Part shown: one piece after another, positions 17,597-28,063 of the stretch
Numbering within the stretch: position 1 is the first letter of the stretch
Layout of the letters: the number at the start of each line of letters is the position of its first letter
Virus record (IMG/VR): IMGVR_UViG_3300047160_007939
Coordinates: 55,515-119,514 of that record
Source: a virus
DNA: 64,000 bases
Strand: one strand, 5' to 3'
Notes under the pieces: model-generated
Seen by the model: the letters and a program-made list of their open reading frames with translations, nothing else
Database searches by the model: none
What the model was told of the DNA's origin: nothing
Program-made: the position numbers and the translations under genes

Positions 17597-18776
17597 CTTC
17601 CAACCCCAGCCCGTCGAGCGCCGCTTTCGCCTCTTCCGGGTCCAGCTCCGGCTTGTACGTCCCGAGCTGCTGCGCCGCCAGCTCCCCCACCCGCGCCAGC
17701 TTGCCCTGGAAGTTGCCGCTCTTCCCTCTTGACGTTCTCACCACCCGATGGGCCGTGCGCTTCACCATCCGCAGCCGCCGGCCCTCATCAATCAGGCACT
17801 GCGCCTGAAGGTAACGGACGAGGTTCTGGAACCCACCCTCTCCCGTCACCGGACTGCCCAGCAGCTCCCGCTCCGCTTCGTCCAGCTCAATCTCCACCCA
17901 GATGTTGCCGACCCTCGGTCCTATCGGCTCGGGGAAGTGGTAGAAGAACCGGTGGCCGTGCGGATCGATGCAGATGTGCCAGTCCCGGCTCGCCTGCTCT
18001 TCCTCTGCCGGCTGGCCGGCTGTTGCGTCAGCCTCGGTCGGCTGCGGCGCTATCTCCCTGCCTGAAGCCGCTGCGCTCGCTTCGTCTGCCGCCGCTATCT
18101 CGGCATCAAAGTTCTCGTCAATGGCTGCCATCGCATCGAGAGCATCCATCGGTTCGAGGTCTTCGTGGCCGTTCATCGCTGCCTTTGCCAGCCTCTCCAG
18201 GTGGTCGCGCAGGCGCGTGTAGGGCTTGCCCAGGACGCGCTCACAGTGCTCCAGCCCCAGCTCCCTGCCGTACTCCATCGCCTGCCGGATACACTCCAGG
18301 TCGCACCAGACGTTCTCGGGATGCACCGGCAAGCCCCGCTTCTTCGAGAAGCGGCCTTCCAGGTCTTCCCGCGTTGGGTGACCGGCCAGCAGGGTGTAGC
18401 TCACTTCCCCCAGGCGACGAACGTGATGCCTGCGCCCCTCCATCCACTGCGCCGGCATCCCGTTCATCGCCGCGTTCCTGAACCAGCGGATGAGCGCGTT
18501 CTGGCTGTCGCTGAACACGCGCCCGCTCCACCCGTCAGGAAGTCCCCAGAGCGCCCGAGCAATCGCATAGAACTCCACCACGTTGTTGGAGACGGCAGGC
18601 AAGCCAATGGCTTCGGGCGTGAGGATGCCGCTCCGCTCGTGGAAGCGTCTCCCCTCGGCATCCAGGTAGCAGAACGCCCAGGTCCCGCCGAGGGGAGACG
18701 GGTTCACGCCCATCACCCCACCGTCTGCTACCACAGCCACAGGGATCTGCGCTTCGAGCTTCATCCGCTCGGCCAT
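17580..18776 (-). CDS. RNase HI-like protein with C-terminal extension
   Basis: RNase H catalytic pattern VADGG..SNNVVEFYA..VFSDSQ..GH..NVWCD. Confidence 0.7.
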   Translation of the reverse strand: MAERMKLEAQIPVAVVADGGVMGVNPSPLGGTWAFCYLDAEGRRFHERSGILTPEAIGLPAVSNNVVEFYAIARALWGLPDGWSGRVFSDSQNALIRWFRNAAMNGMPAQWMEGRRHHVRRLGEVSYTLLAGHPTREDLEGRFSKKRGLPVHPENVWCDLECIRQAMEYGRELGLEHCERVLGKPYTRLRDHLERLAKAAMNGHEDLEPMDALDAMAAIDENFDAEIAAADEASAAASGREIAPQPTEADATAGQPAEEEQASRDWHICIDPHGHRFFYHFPEPIGPRVGNIWVEIELDEAERELLGSPVTGEGGFQNLVRYLQAQCLIDEGRRLRMVKRTAHRVVRTSRGKSGNFQGKLARVGELAAQQLGTYKPELDPEEAKAALDGLGLEGDAPA

Positions 18777-18805
18777 CGCCGCATCTTCGACTTCGGTTCC
18801 GATGC

Positions 18806-20905
18806 TCACTCTTCGGACAGCTCCTTCCGCACCAACCGCCGCTCCCGCTTCGGAGCGTCTACCACCGTGTCCAGCTCCAGCCGCGCGCCCCGCTGCCGCT
18901 CCTGCCAAACCGAAGGCTTCGGCGGCGGGATCGGGTCGTTCGCCTTTGCGAAGGCGTAGGGTTCGAGCACCGCCTGGGCCGGCAGCCCGCACGCCTCGGC
19001 AAGATAGGCAATCGCGTCGTGGGTCCGCATCCCATCGAGCGCATCCGTGGGTGGGGTCCGCACCACGTTGTTACCCGCGTACCCCACCCCCACCGTCGAG
19101 ATGTCGGCGAGGCGCTGCGGCCTGGGCGCGCTCGGATCGGGCGCGTACCAGATGATACCGCGCCGCACGTCCACGAGCTTCACAGGCCGGTCGGTTATCT
19201 CCACCCCGTTCAAGAAGACCTTCACCTGATCGTGCCCCTGGAGCAGATAGGGCGCGGTGATCCGCTGCGCGTTGGCGAAGAGGTCGCAGGGATCCGGCAA
19301 GCCCGTCTCCCGGACCACCTCCACCCGGTCGGTGCTCTGGAGCGCCATCGTCGTCTGCCCGATGGTCAGGAATGCGCCAATCAAACTCGTGTCGTCGGGG
19401 TCCATTACTGCTGCCCCCCTCGCGTAGTTGTTGGTCAGGTTGCTCGGCACGGTGTCCGAGACGCCAGGGAAGAAGTGCTGCCACGTCAACCGCTGCCGCC
19501 GGAGCGCCACCGTCTTATTGATGCGCGAGAGCAGCGCCTGCCGCCGGTCGCTCGACTTCAACGCGCCGAGGTAGCCCTGGAACTGGCGGAGCTGCCCCAT
19601 CGTCCACCAGAAGCAGTTCTCGGTCGCCTCTTCAGGAGACAGCCCCCACCAGTCGTTGGTGAGCATGTGCCGCGCTTCGTCCACCACCTGCTGGGCAGCC
19701 CGGTACTCCAGCCGCGCCAGCTCAAGCGCCTTCTGGTGGCCCGTCTCCTTCCCGAAGACCGCTCGCCGCATCTCCTCGTCGCTCGGGAGAGCCGGCAGCT
19801 TCCGCTCCGGCCAGAGCCGCTCGGCCATCCGGCGCTGCGCCTCGGTGTTGCCGGGGTTCACCGGCTTATCCCAGGCGAACGGCTGCCCACCGTGGCGCAT
19901 ATCACCATCGCTCGCGGTCACGGTAAGATAGCCGTCGCCCTCGGTCCAGGTCGAGGCATTCTGGATGCCCTCAGCCAGCATCCGGTACGGACGGTGGCTG
20001 CTCCGCTGCACAATCTCGGAGAGCCGCTCCCTGGAGCGCACCTTCTGCATCAACGTCTTGATGGTGGTCGAGACTTGCTTCTCCTGGTTCTTGACCAGCT
20101 CCGTCTCTTTCTTCTGGCGCTCCCAGGCGATGGCGCGCTCACGCTTCTCGGCGCTGCTCATCGTGCCGCCCCTGACGTTGGTAACCGCATTCTGAAGTTG
20201 TGCTTCCCTGCTCCGCATCTCGGTTACCGCTACGTGCCACTTCGCCGTACCCGCAATCACCTCGTAGCCGGGGACCTGATCCAGCCCGCAGTCATTCGGA
20301 GCAAGCGCGTAGCCATCCCAACCAAAACTGACCTTCGAGGCTCCTTCCGGCTTGTGCCCATCGGGGCAGGTGATAATCTTGCCGGCCTGCTCGACATTCT
20401 TCAGCACGTACTGCTCGGTGGCCGCGAGCTGGGCAACGTCGGCGGGGGTTTCATTCCCCTGCGCCACCCGGTCCAGCAGCCGGTTCTCACTCGTGCCCAC
20501 AGCCGCCGGGTTCGGGTAAGTCCCGGAGAGGTCGCCGCCGGCTCCACCCGTCAGCGTAACCATCCCGCCGCTGCCTCCCTGTCCCGCCAGTGTCTGCTTC
20601 AACGTCTCGGCCAGCCGCTTCTCAATACTCGCAAAGTCGATGCTCCCGAACACGCTCGGGGCTTTGAACGCCACCTTCTTCGGCTCACTCTTCTTCTGCT
20701 CGTCCTTCAATTGCCGCAGTTGCTCTTCCAGCTCGTTCAGCTCCGCCTGCTCTTCGGCAAGCCCGATGAGCTGCATATCAATATCGACACTGCCTTCCGC
20801 CGTCCCCGCCGCTTCCTGGGCGAGCTGGGCGTCCGCACGGTCCAGGCACGCCTGGAGCAGCGGGTTCATCACCAGCGGCTTCAACTTCTTCTTGCTCTGC
20901 GCCAT
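18806..20905 (-). CDS. large hypothetical protein (coiled coils, one GGDLSGTYPNP motif)
   Basis: 699-aa ORF in operon. Confidence 0.6.
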   Translation of the reverse strand: MAQSKKKLKPLVMNPLLQACLDRADAQLAQEAAGTAEGSVDIDMQLIGLAEEQAELNELEEQLRQLKDEQKKSEPKKVAFKAPSVFGSIDFASIEKRLAETLKQTLAGQGGSGGMVTLTGGAGGDLSGTYPNPAAVGTSENRLLDRVAQGNETPADVAQLAATEQYVLKNVEQAGKIITCPDGHKPEGASKVSFGWDGYALAPNDCGLDQVPGYEVIAGTAKWHVAVTEMRSREAQLQNAVTNVRGGTMSSAEKRERAIAWERQKKETELVKNQEKQVSTTIKTLMQKVRSRERLSEIVQRSSHRPYRMLAEGIQNASTWTEGDGYLTVTASDGDMRHGGQPFAWDKPVNPGNTEAQRRMAERLWPERKLPALPSDEEMRRAVFGKETGHQKALELARLEYRAAQQVVDEARHMLTNDWWGLSPEEATENCFWWTMGQLRQFQGYLGALKSSDRRQALLSRINKTVALRRQRLTWQHFFPGVSDTVPSNLTNNYARGAAVMDPDDTSLIGAFLTIGQTTMALQSTDRVEVVRETGLPDPCDLFANAQRITAPYLLQGHDQVKVFLNGVEITDRPVKLVDVRRGIIWYAPDPSAPRPQRLADISTVGVGYAGNNVVRTPPTDALDGMRTHDAIAYLAEACGLPAQAVLEPYAFAKANDPIPPPKPSVWQERQRGARLELDTVVDAPKRERRLVRKELSEE

Positions 20906-21044
20906 CAGATGAAAGGAGCCGGCTGTGGGTTATGCGTATCCAACGAACCCACAACCGGCCAAAGAAGCAGAACGAAAACCGAAGCACAGCACCACACCGA
21001 CATCCTCGGGCATCCGCCGGTATGTTGCCTAACTTCCAGGCGAA

Positions 21045-21842
21045 TTATACCACGGCCATACGCCTCCTGGCAAGCTCTACATAGTCGAAGTTCAGGTCCC
21101 CGCCGAGGTAGCTCCTTCCCATCTCTCTTGCCACGTAGGGCACGGTCCCACTTCCCATCATCGGGTCCAGCACCACGTCTCCCGGCTCGCTGAACATCTC
21201 GATGAGCCTGCCGGCCAGCCGGTCGGGAAACGTAGCTGGGTGACGCATCTTCAGCGGGTTCGCCTCGGTATTGCTCGGCGGGATCTTCCAGACCGTGCCG
21301 CTGCACTTCAGCGCGTTGACACGCTTTCTCTTGATCGGCTTCATCGTCCCCGCCGTCGTCCGCACCGTGCCGCTGAAGTAGCGGCCAGCGTGCTTGCTCG
21401 GCGTGCTCTTGTCCTTCTTGAAGACCCTCGGCGGGCCGCTGTCATTGTTCACGAAGACCAGCACGTACTCGTGGTCGGGCCTGGGGCAGTCCCGATACCA
21501 GGGTCCATCCCGTCCATCACGCTGGTATATCAGCGTGGTGAACAGCCGCCAGCCCTTTGCCAGCCAGCCGGCAGCCAGCCGGAAGCTGTCGCCGGTCTGC
21601 GCGTGGTCGATGCGCTGGTCCTGGATGACGACGCAGGCGATACCGCTGTCCACCGTGGCGAAGCGGAGCAGCCCGCCAAGTTCCACCAGCTCCTCCAGGC
21701 TGGCATTACAGCCGTCACGGATCGTGCCGTAGTTCGGGGAGAAGACCGTGAGGTGGACCGACCGCTCGGGCAGCCGGCCCACCAGCTCACGGCAGTCTTC
21801 GCAGGACAGCTCGCCGGTGAGAGTTACCACCGGTCCCACCAT
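21045..21842 (-). CDS. DNA methyltransferase, beta class (SPNY variant)
   Basis: TVFSPNY, HPATFP, VLDPMMGSGT motifs. Confidence 0.8.
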   Translation of the reverse strand: MVGPVVTLTGELSCEDCRELVGRLPERSVHLTVFSPNYGTIRDGCNASLEELVELGGLLRFATVDSGIACVVIQDQRIDHAQTGDSFRLAAGWLAKGWRLFTTLIYQRDGRDGPWYRDCPRPDHEYVLVFVNNDSGPPRVFKKDKSTPSKHAGRYFSGTVRTTAGTMKPIKRKRVNALKCSGTVWKIPPSNTEANPLKMRHPATFPDRLAGRLIEMFSEPGDVVLDPMMGSGTVPYVAREMGRSYLGGDLNFDYVELARRRMAVV

Positions 21843-22984
21843 CAGGCGACCTTCTTCGCGCTCGCTCCAAGCGCCTCACTGTCCCACACGTAGGAACGGT
21901 TGCCGAACGGCGTGCCCAGGATCTGGATCGGGTCCTTCAACGTGCGGCCCTGAAGCCCGCGCTGAAGCAGTACCGGGGTTTCCCCCAGCGGCCCGCCGGC
22001 ACGCCGGTACTCGCGGTAGTAGCGGTTGAACAGGCCGGCCAGCCGGTAGGCATCCTCAATGTTATCGGACGCCGTGATGCGCCGGAGCTTTCTCCCGTCG
22101 AGGATCAGCTTCGATGCCTTCCGGCGCACGTCATCCTGGCGCAGCGACATCTCGTCGGAACGCAGCACCTCGCCCCAGAAGGCGTGCGCCGCTTCCTGGC
22201 TTCCCTTCCCCGCCAGGGTCGCCAGCATCACTGCGAGGCTGGGTGGCCGCAGCACCGCTTCACGGTAGCTGGCAGGGCCGGCATCCACGATCTTGTTCGC
22301 GGCCTGGATCGGCTCCTTCCAACGCTCCAGCCAGCGGATGCGCGTGTCGTGGTCGAAGTCGGCCAGCTTCGAGCCGGCTTTGAACTCCTTCGAGGTGTAG
22401 CGAAAGCCGCTGATGAGAAGCGCCGCCGCGCCGATGGCCCGCATCTCCTCGCGGTGGGGCACGCCCAGGTGCTGGTCCATCGCATAAAGCCGCAGGGTGT
22501 CCCCGAAGGTCGCCTCGCGGCCACGGTTGCTCATCGCGTAGACCCAGCGAGCCTGCTCCATCGTGGAGAACTCGCTGTACATCACGTCGAAGTGGTATGC
22601 GAAGCGTCCCGACACCAGCATCGCCATTCGATGCTGCCCGCCGGAAAGCCACGGCTCCGGGTCCCCGACCACCGTGTAGAGGTCGATCACACTCTCGCGG
22701 AACAGACCCTTCCGCGCTTCCCCGATGTACCGCTGCACCATCGCATCGTTGATCATCCGGTTGCCGGGGATGCGCCGCTCCAGCAGCTTCTGGGCGCGGC
22801 GCGGTGTGAACAGCTCATCTCGCTCCAGCCACTTCCTGACCGGCTGGAAGCTGGGGCGCAACACTTCCGCCTCCTCGTCGGGAGCGACCGTCATCTCCAG
22901 GTAGCGGTTATCCCGCTCGTATCGGGCCGGCGCTGTCAACGCCTCCGGCATCACCATACCGGCTGGCCCGTTCTCGTTCGCCAT
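21842..22984 (-). CDS. hypothetical protein with DGQHR/ParB-like motif
   Basis: GNRMIN..LSGGQHRMAML; RBS AAAGGAGAAC. Confidence 0.55.
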   Translation of the reverse strand: MANENGPAGMVMPEALTAPARYERDNRYLEMTVAPDEEAEVLRPSFQPVRKWLERDELFTPRRAQKLLERRIPGNRMINDAMVQRYIGEARKGLFRESVIDLYTVVGDPEPWLSGGQHRMAMLVSGRFAYHFDVMYSEFSTMEQARWVYAMSNRGREATFGDTLRLYAMDQHLGVPHREEMRAIGAAALLISGFRYTSKEFKAGSKLADFDHDTRIRWLERWKEPIQAANKIVDAGPASYREAVLRPPSLAVMLATLAGKGSQEAAHAFWGEVLRSDEMSLRQDDVRRKASKLILDGRKLRRITASDNIEDAYRLAGLFNRYYREYRRAGGPLGETPVLLQRGLQGRTLKDPIQILGTPFGNRSYVWDSEALGASAKKVA

Positions 22985-23111
22985 CCGTCTTGTTCTCCTT
23001 TCAGCCCGTGAATAAGCGGGAAAATCCGCGCTAACAGGACTGTCACCACCAGTATAGCCCCCGAACAAACGTTTGTCCAGTTAAGAGCGCAAAACGGCCC
23101 TTAACCGCATC

Positions 23112-23792
23112 CTACGCGGCTCTCTTCTTCGGCTTACTCACCATCCCGCTGATCATCCCGATGTCGCCGAACACCACCGCGAACTGCCGCAGGATGTCGG
23201 GATCATCCGATAGGCAGAAGACCGCCGAGGGGAACGGCGCGACCTCTTCCGCGTTCGAGAAGCGCAGCCGGCCCCGCACGTAGCACCTGGGGTAGTCATC
23301 GAAGCGCGCAAACCACTGCGTATCCGTCCGCGCGCTCACCAGCACAATCGCCGCCCCTGTGTTCCCACACTCATACTCGCTCACGACCTTCTCTGCCCAC
23401 TTGCTTACTACACGACCATACGGTGGATTGAGGAAGACCGTCTTTGCTACCCACGGCTGCTTCAGCGCGTCCGTCTCCGGCGTCAGCCCGTCGAAGTGCC
23501 GGCTTGCCGGCACATTCCGCTCCGGGTGCTCGGGCGTCAGCCGGTCAGCAGCGGGATCCAGCTCGATGTGCCCCAGCACCTGGATGACCTTCTCCAGAAA
23601 GTCCTTCGGCGTCATCCAGTGCTCGCTGTCGCTGGAATGATGAACCTTCATCCGCTCCCAGGCCACGCGAGCATTATGCACGCGCTCTTCCGCTTCACAG
23701 GTGAGAGGGTCCAGCTCGCCCTTCTCCACGCTCTCCAGAAGCAGGCCCAGAGCCTGCTTCACATTCAGCCTGTCTTTCTTCTTCGTCGCCAC
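23112..23792 (-). CDS. phage DNA N6-adenine methyltransferase (Dam-like)
   Basis: WMTP, ELDPAA, VFLNPPYG, ARTDTQWF, GRLRF motifs. Confidence 0.85.
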   Translation of the reverse strand: MATKKKDRLNVKQALGLLLESVEKGELDPLTCEAEERVHNARVAWERMKVHHSSDSEHWMTPKDFLEKVIQVLGHIELDPAADRLTPEHPERNVPASRHFDGLTPETDALKQPWVAKTVFLNPPYGRVVSKWAEKVVSEYECGNTGAAIVLVSARTDTQWFARFDDYPRCYVRGRLRFSNAEEVAPFPSAVFCLSDDPDILRQFAVVFGDIGMISGMVSKPKKRAA

Positions 23793-23809
23793 GGTCGGTT
23801 GTTCTCCTT

Positions 23810-25795
23810 TCAGTTCTGCCAGTTGTCCCGCCAGCCGGCGTTCTTCGGGTCGTTCTCCCATTCCTGCCCGGCCCACGTCTCCCCGATCTGCACCTCGGCG
23901 TCCACCGGGACCGGCGCAATCATCGGCGTACCCGCTTCGATGAGCAGGCCGCGCATCCAGGCTCCCACCTCTTCAGCCCGGTCGGTGGGAGCGAGCGCCA
24001 CAATCTCGTCGTGGACCATCATAATCGGCGCGTAGGGTATCTCCTCGCGCCGCAGGTAGGCTTCCCCGAAGGCTGCCTTCAGAATGTCCGCTGCGCCGCC
24101 CTGGATGGGCGTATTGGCCCTTCGGGTGTTGGCGCGCATCCGATCGTACTCGGTGTTCTCATCGATCCAGCGGCGGCGACCGTTGGGCGTGCGCGTCTGC
24201 CGGCTCCCGCTCCGGCACAGGTTGATGTGCCATCGCTTGACACCGAAGTAGCCGTCGTCTTTGTCGAAGTAGCGGCTCTTATAGTCTTCGCAGGTGTTGA
24301 GGTGGAGCGCGATGCCGTACTCCGCGAGCGTGTTCCGCTGCAAGCCCTCGGCACTCATCATATAGATCAAGCCGAAGTTCACCGGCTTGGCAGCCTGCCG
24401 AAGCATCTTCCACTCGGACGGCTCGCAGTCGGCCTGGGTCTTGCCGGAGATGAGCTGCGCCGTCAACGAGTGGATGTCCAGCCCCTTCTGGTAGGCCGCG
24501 CGCATCTTCTTATCGCCTGTGATGTAAGCGCAGACACGCAGCTCGATCTGGGAGAGGTCCACCTTCACGTACCGGTAGCCAGCCGGAGCCTCGAAACAGC
24601 ACCGATAGCGTGGGTCCCTCGGGATGTTCTGAAGGTTCGGGTCCCCGCAGGCCATCCGCCCGGTGCTGACGAACTGCCGCCAGTCAGCGCGGATCCGCCC
24701 GTCGATCAGCCGGCTCACCCCTTTCTTGCCCTTCCAGTAGGTGTGGCCGTAGGTCGTCTCGCGCTTGCGGTGCTCGCGCCAGTGCCGCAGCTCCCCGGCG
24801 AACGGGTGCTCGCAGAAGGCAAGCGTCACGTCTTCCGTGTCGGCCAGCGAGACGCCCAGCTCGGCGAAGAGCTGCATCAGCTCCGTCTTGCCGTCTAGAT
24901 CCCACATCCAGCTCGGGCGCTTGCCGCGCGTGCCGTCCCAATCGGTGGCGAAGACGGTCCCCGCATCCTCGCCCCCCGGCTCGAACATCCCCTGCTGCTC
25001 CGGCCCGATGCGCTTCCCCTTCCCATCCACGTACTTCCGGGGCAGCATCCCGGTCAATGCCTTCTCGATCCCCAGCCGCTTTTCTTTGGCCTGGGCTTCC
25101 AGGGCGAGCCAGCGTTCCTCGTTGAACGGCACGCCGGCCTGGGCCATCACCACCAAGCCGGGGATCATCTTGTTCTCGATGACTGCCGTCGCCCAGAGGT
25201 TGTCGCGCCGGAGCTTCTCCGCCTGCTTGACGTGCAACCAGTGAAGGATCATCGCATCCTGGGCCGCGTAACGCCAGTGCTCCTCCGTCAGCTCGGGCGT
25301 GGTGGCAAACGTGAGCCGGATGGCCGGGTCCTTCTTCAGCGTGTGCCCCAGATGCGTCAACACCACGTCATCCAGCCCCAGGTCCAGCGAGCACTGATGG
25401 CCCTTCGCGTGGTTCTGGCAGAAGCGGCCCGAGTTCAACACCTGCTGCATCGCAATGCTATCCTGGACCCGGCCGGGTAGGAAGCCATAGTGCTTGTAGG
25501 CTACCCCCAGGTCGAACTCCAGGTAGTGACCGAGCAGCCGCTTCTCCCACAAGATGGGCCAGATCGGTTCGGGGTTGACTTTCCAGAGGTCGATGAGCAG
25601 CGTCTCATCGGGCGCGGACAGGGCCAGCAGCCGGGGAGCCGGCCACTGGTCCTGCGGCGTGATGAGCGCCGTCTCGAAGTCGAAGCCCAGGTTCGGAGCG
25701 CGCTCCAGGTATCCCATTGCCGTCAGCAGGTCGTCGTTATGCTCGACCCTGGTGATCCGGTGCTGGGTCTTCTGGGGCAGTGCCGTCGCCGTCAT
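23810..25795 (-). CDS. DNA polymerase family A (3'-5' exonuclease and polymerase domains)
   Basis: Exo I FDFET, YAAQDA; TGRMACGDPNLQNIP, motif A DLSQIELR, motif B RQAAKPVNFGLIY, motif C VHDEIV. Confidence 0.93.
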   Translation of the reverse strand: MTATALPQKTQHRITRVEHNDDLLTAMGYLERAPNLGFDFETALITPQDQWPAPRLLALSAPDETLLIDLWKVNPEPIWPILWEKRLLGHYLEFDLGVAYKHYGFLPGRVQDSIAMQQVLNSGRFCQNHAKGHQCSLDLGLDDVVLTHLGHTLKKDPAIRLTFATTPELTEEHWRYAAQDAMILHWLHVKQAEKLRRDNLWATAVIENKMIPGLVVMAQAGVPFNEERWLALEAQAKEKRLGIEKALTGMLPRKYVDGKGKRIGPEQQGMFEPGGEDAGTVFATDWDGTRGKRPSWMWDLDGKTELMQLFAELGVSLADTEDVTLAFCEHPFAGELRHWREHRKRETTYGHTYWKGKKGVSRLIDGRIRADWRQFVSTGRMACGDPNLQNIPRDPRYRCCFEAPAGYRYVKVDLSQIELRVCAYITGDKKMRAAYQKGLDIHSLTAQLISGKTQADCEPSEWKMLRQAAKPVNFGLIYMMSAEGLQRNTLAEYGIALHLNTCEDYKSRYFDKDDGYFGVKRWHINLCRSGSRQTRTPNGRRRWIDENTEYDRMRANTRRANTPIQGGAADILKAAFGEAYLRREEIPYAPIMMVHDEIVALAPTDRAEEVGAWMRGLLIEAGTPMIAPVPVDAEVQIGETWAGQEWENDPKNAGWRDNWQN

Positions 25796-26020
25796 CGCCT
25801 TTCCCTCTCCACCAGCCACTTCGCCGTCACTTCCACCCAGCGTTCAAACCAGATACACCAGCAAGCCCCCCACACCAGCCCCAGGAAGTTGAACCAGTGG
25901 CAGTAAATGCCGTAGGTCGTGAAAACACCCAGCATCAACCCCCAACCCGTCCAGAAGATGAACCTCACCGTCATCGCTCCTATCCGCATCTGGCGCTCCA
26001 CACGCCAGAAAGACGCCTCG

Positions 26021-28063
26021 TCATCGCAGCACATGCCAGATACCCTCGCTCGGCACACGCAGGGGCTTATCCGCCGGCCCTTTGATGTGGCCGTGCTGGT
26101 AGTAGACAACCGGCTCGCCGGTCTTCGTCCGCTTCGTGCGCTTGACCCAATGCCCGCGCACCGGCCAGCGGCACGTCCACTCTACTTTGCCCGGCTCGCC
26201 CCCGCCGGCCTGCCTGCCGGCTGGCGTCTCGGCACGGCGCATCTGGATCACCTGGACGCTGGGCGGATGCAATCCGCCTTTGATGGCCGTCTTTCGCCGC
26301 CCGCTCCCCAACCCGAGCCGGTCCTTCCGTTCATCCACCAGCGGCTCGCGCCGGAAGAGCTTGCAGGGTACGACCGTCTGCGCCCACGCCGGTTGGATCG
26401 GCTCGCCCACGCTGTAGTACGTGCATCCCCTGATCCGCAGGATCTTGTCGTAGCAGAGCACGTCGCGCTCATCTTCCAGTTCCAGCGCACGGCCTGCTTT
26501 GTAAGAGCGAGCGCATAGATCCGCGAACTTCGGGTTGACGGGCGAGTAGATGACTGCAAAGTGCATCAGGTAGTTGCTGTAGAGCGGATCGTCTATCGTC
26601 TCCAGGGCTGCCCGCGCCTCATCCGTCAGCTCCATCCCCCAGAGCACACACCCCAGCAGCTCACAGGACGTGTCGAGCAGGTTGCCCTCGCGGTTGTGCT
26701 CCTGCGCCTCGGGCCGCATACTGTGCGTGGAGAGAAGCGGCTGGACCCAGAACTCGGGAGCCTCGTCCCAGGCTTCCTGGGGAACCGGCTCGCCCAGGAA
26801 GCTCTCGAAGCCGGCCAGCGCATTGTGCTGCACTTCCTGGTCCCAGAGACACACCCGGCTGTTGGCTATCGCCTCGAAGATGCGCCAGTAGATGACCTCG
26901 GACATCGGGTCACCGTGATTGCGCCCGCCGAGGAGAACGGCCTTCTCAATCGTCTCCGGGTAGTTCGTAACCATCCCACGGAGAACGAGGTCCCTGATCT
27001 GCGCCGCGTACCGGGGAGAGAGCATCGGGTTCCCGATGATGCCGGCAACGTGCGTCTGCCTGACCGTGCCCACCACCCGCTCCCGCCACTTGAGCTGGTA
27101 GAGCGTCCGGTCCACGAGGTTTCGCACCCACTCCGGGTTCGCGCGACCCAGGTCTGCGCTGTTGGGGTCCAGGATCGGCATCTCCACCGCGCCCTTCGGA
27201 AACGGCTCGTGCCGGCGGGTCGAGACAGCCAGCGGCTGCCCGTGGACCTTAACTATCGTGTCACTCACGCCGTTGTTCTCCTTTCCGTTATCAGCTCCGA
27301 ACTTCTCGGGATGCCGCTTCTGCCACTCAAGAACCTGATCCATCACCTTCTCACCCATCACGCGCCACTCGTCATCCGTGGAGCCGAGCGTTTTGTCGCA
27401 GGCGGAGCATAGCAGGTAGGCAATCACCGTGCCGCTTCTCGGGAAGTAGATGCCGCAGCGTCCCCACGGCCCAAAGCTCACCTTCATACACGAAGCACAC
27501 GTCGCGCCGCCGGCCATCTTCTCAACAATCTCACGCCGGATCTGCGTATGCTCCACTGCCGAGAGCTTCCGCAACCGCTCGGCAGTCTCGTGCTGGCTCT
27601 CCGCCGTGACAGTCAGCGGATGTTCGAGGCTGCCGAAAACCGAAACCGCGAGCCGCATCTCCGGCGGCTCCGCTCGCTCCACAGCCTGCCGTGCATCCCG
27701 GTAGTCGAAGATATGCTTTCCTGCACGGTTCCGCAGCTCACGGTCGCCCGCTTCCGAGCGCCCGAGCTGCTTCGAGCAAGAGAAACAAAGCAGGTAAGCG
27801 AGAACCATCCCCTCTGTCGGGAAGTAAATGTCACACTTGCCCCATCCCTCGAACTGCGGCTCCAGACAGGCAGGACAGACCGCCCCAGGACCTACCTTCT
27901 CGGCAACCCCCGCCATGATCTGCTGGTGTCTCTCCGGCGAGGCGCTGCGAAACGCATCCCACAGAGCATCCCGCGTATCCGGCGTCGTCTCCAAGAATAC
28001 CTCACCGTCACCGAAAGCTGCTACGGCTAGGTTCATATCCGCCGTCACCACTCGCTCGCTCAC
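26021..28063 (-). CDS. large hypothetical protein with duplicated Cys-rich N-terminal module
   Basis: Two CxxC..W..C.IYFP..AYLLCxxC repeats; C-terminal WPVRGHW..HIKGP motif; RBS AAAGGAG. Confidence 0.6.
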   Translation of the reverse strand: MSERVVTADMNLAVAAFGDGEVFLETTPDTRDALWDAFRSASPERHQQIMAGVAEKVGPGAVCPACLEPQFEGWGKCDIYFPTEGMVLAYLLCFSCSKQLGRSEAGDRELRNRAGKHIFDYRDARQAVERAEPPEMRLAVSVFGSLEHPLTVTAESQHETAERLRKLSAVEHTQIRREIVEKMAGGATCASCMKVSFGPWGRCGIYFPRSGTVIAYLLCSACDKTLGSTDDEWRVMGEKVMDQVLEWQKRHPEKFGADNGKENNGVSDTIVKVHGQPLAVSTRRHEPFPKGAVEMPILDPNSADLGRANPEWVRNLVDRTLYQLKWRERVVGTVRQTHVAGIIGNPMLSPRYAAQIRDLVLRGMVTNYPETIEKAVLLGGRNHGDPMSEVIYWRIFEAIANSRVCLWDQEVQHNALAGFESFLGEPVPQEAWDEAPEFWVQPLLSTHSMRPEAQEHNREGNLLDTSCELLGCVLWGMELTDEARAALETIDDPLYSNYLMHFAVIYSPVNPKFADLCARSYKAGRALELEDERDVLCYDKILRIRGCTYYSVGEPIQPAWAQTVVPCKLFRREPLVDERKDRLGLGSGRRKTAIKGGLHPPSVQVIQMRRAETPAGRQAGGGEPGKVEWTCRWPVRGHWVKRTKRTKTGEPVVYYQHGHIKGPADKPLRVPSEGIWHVLR

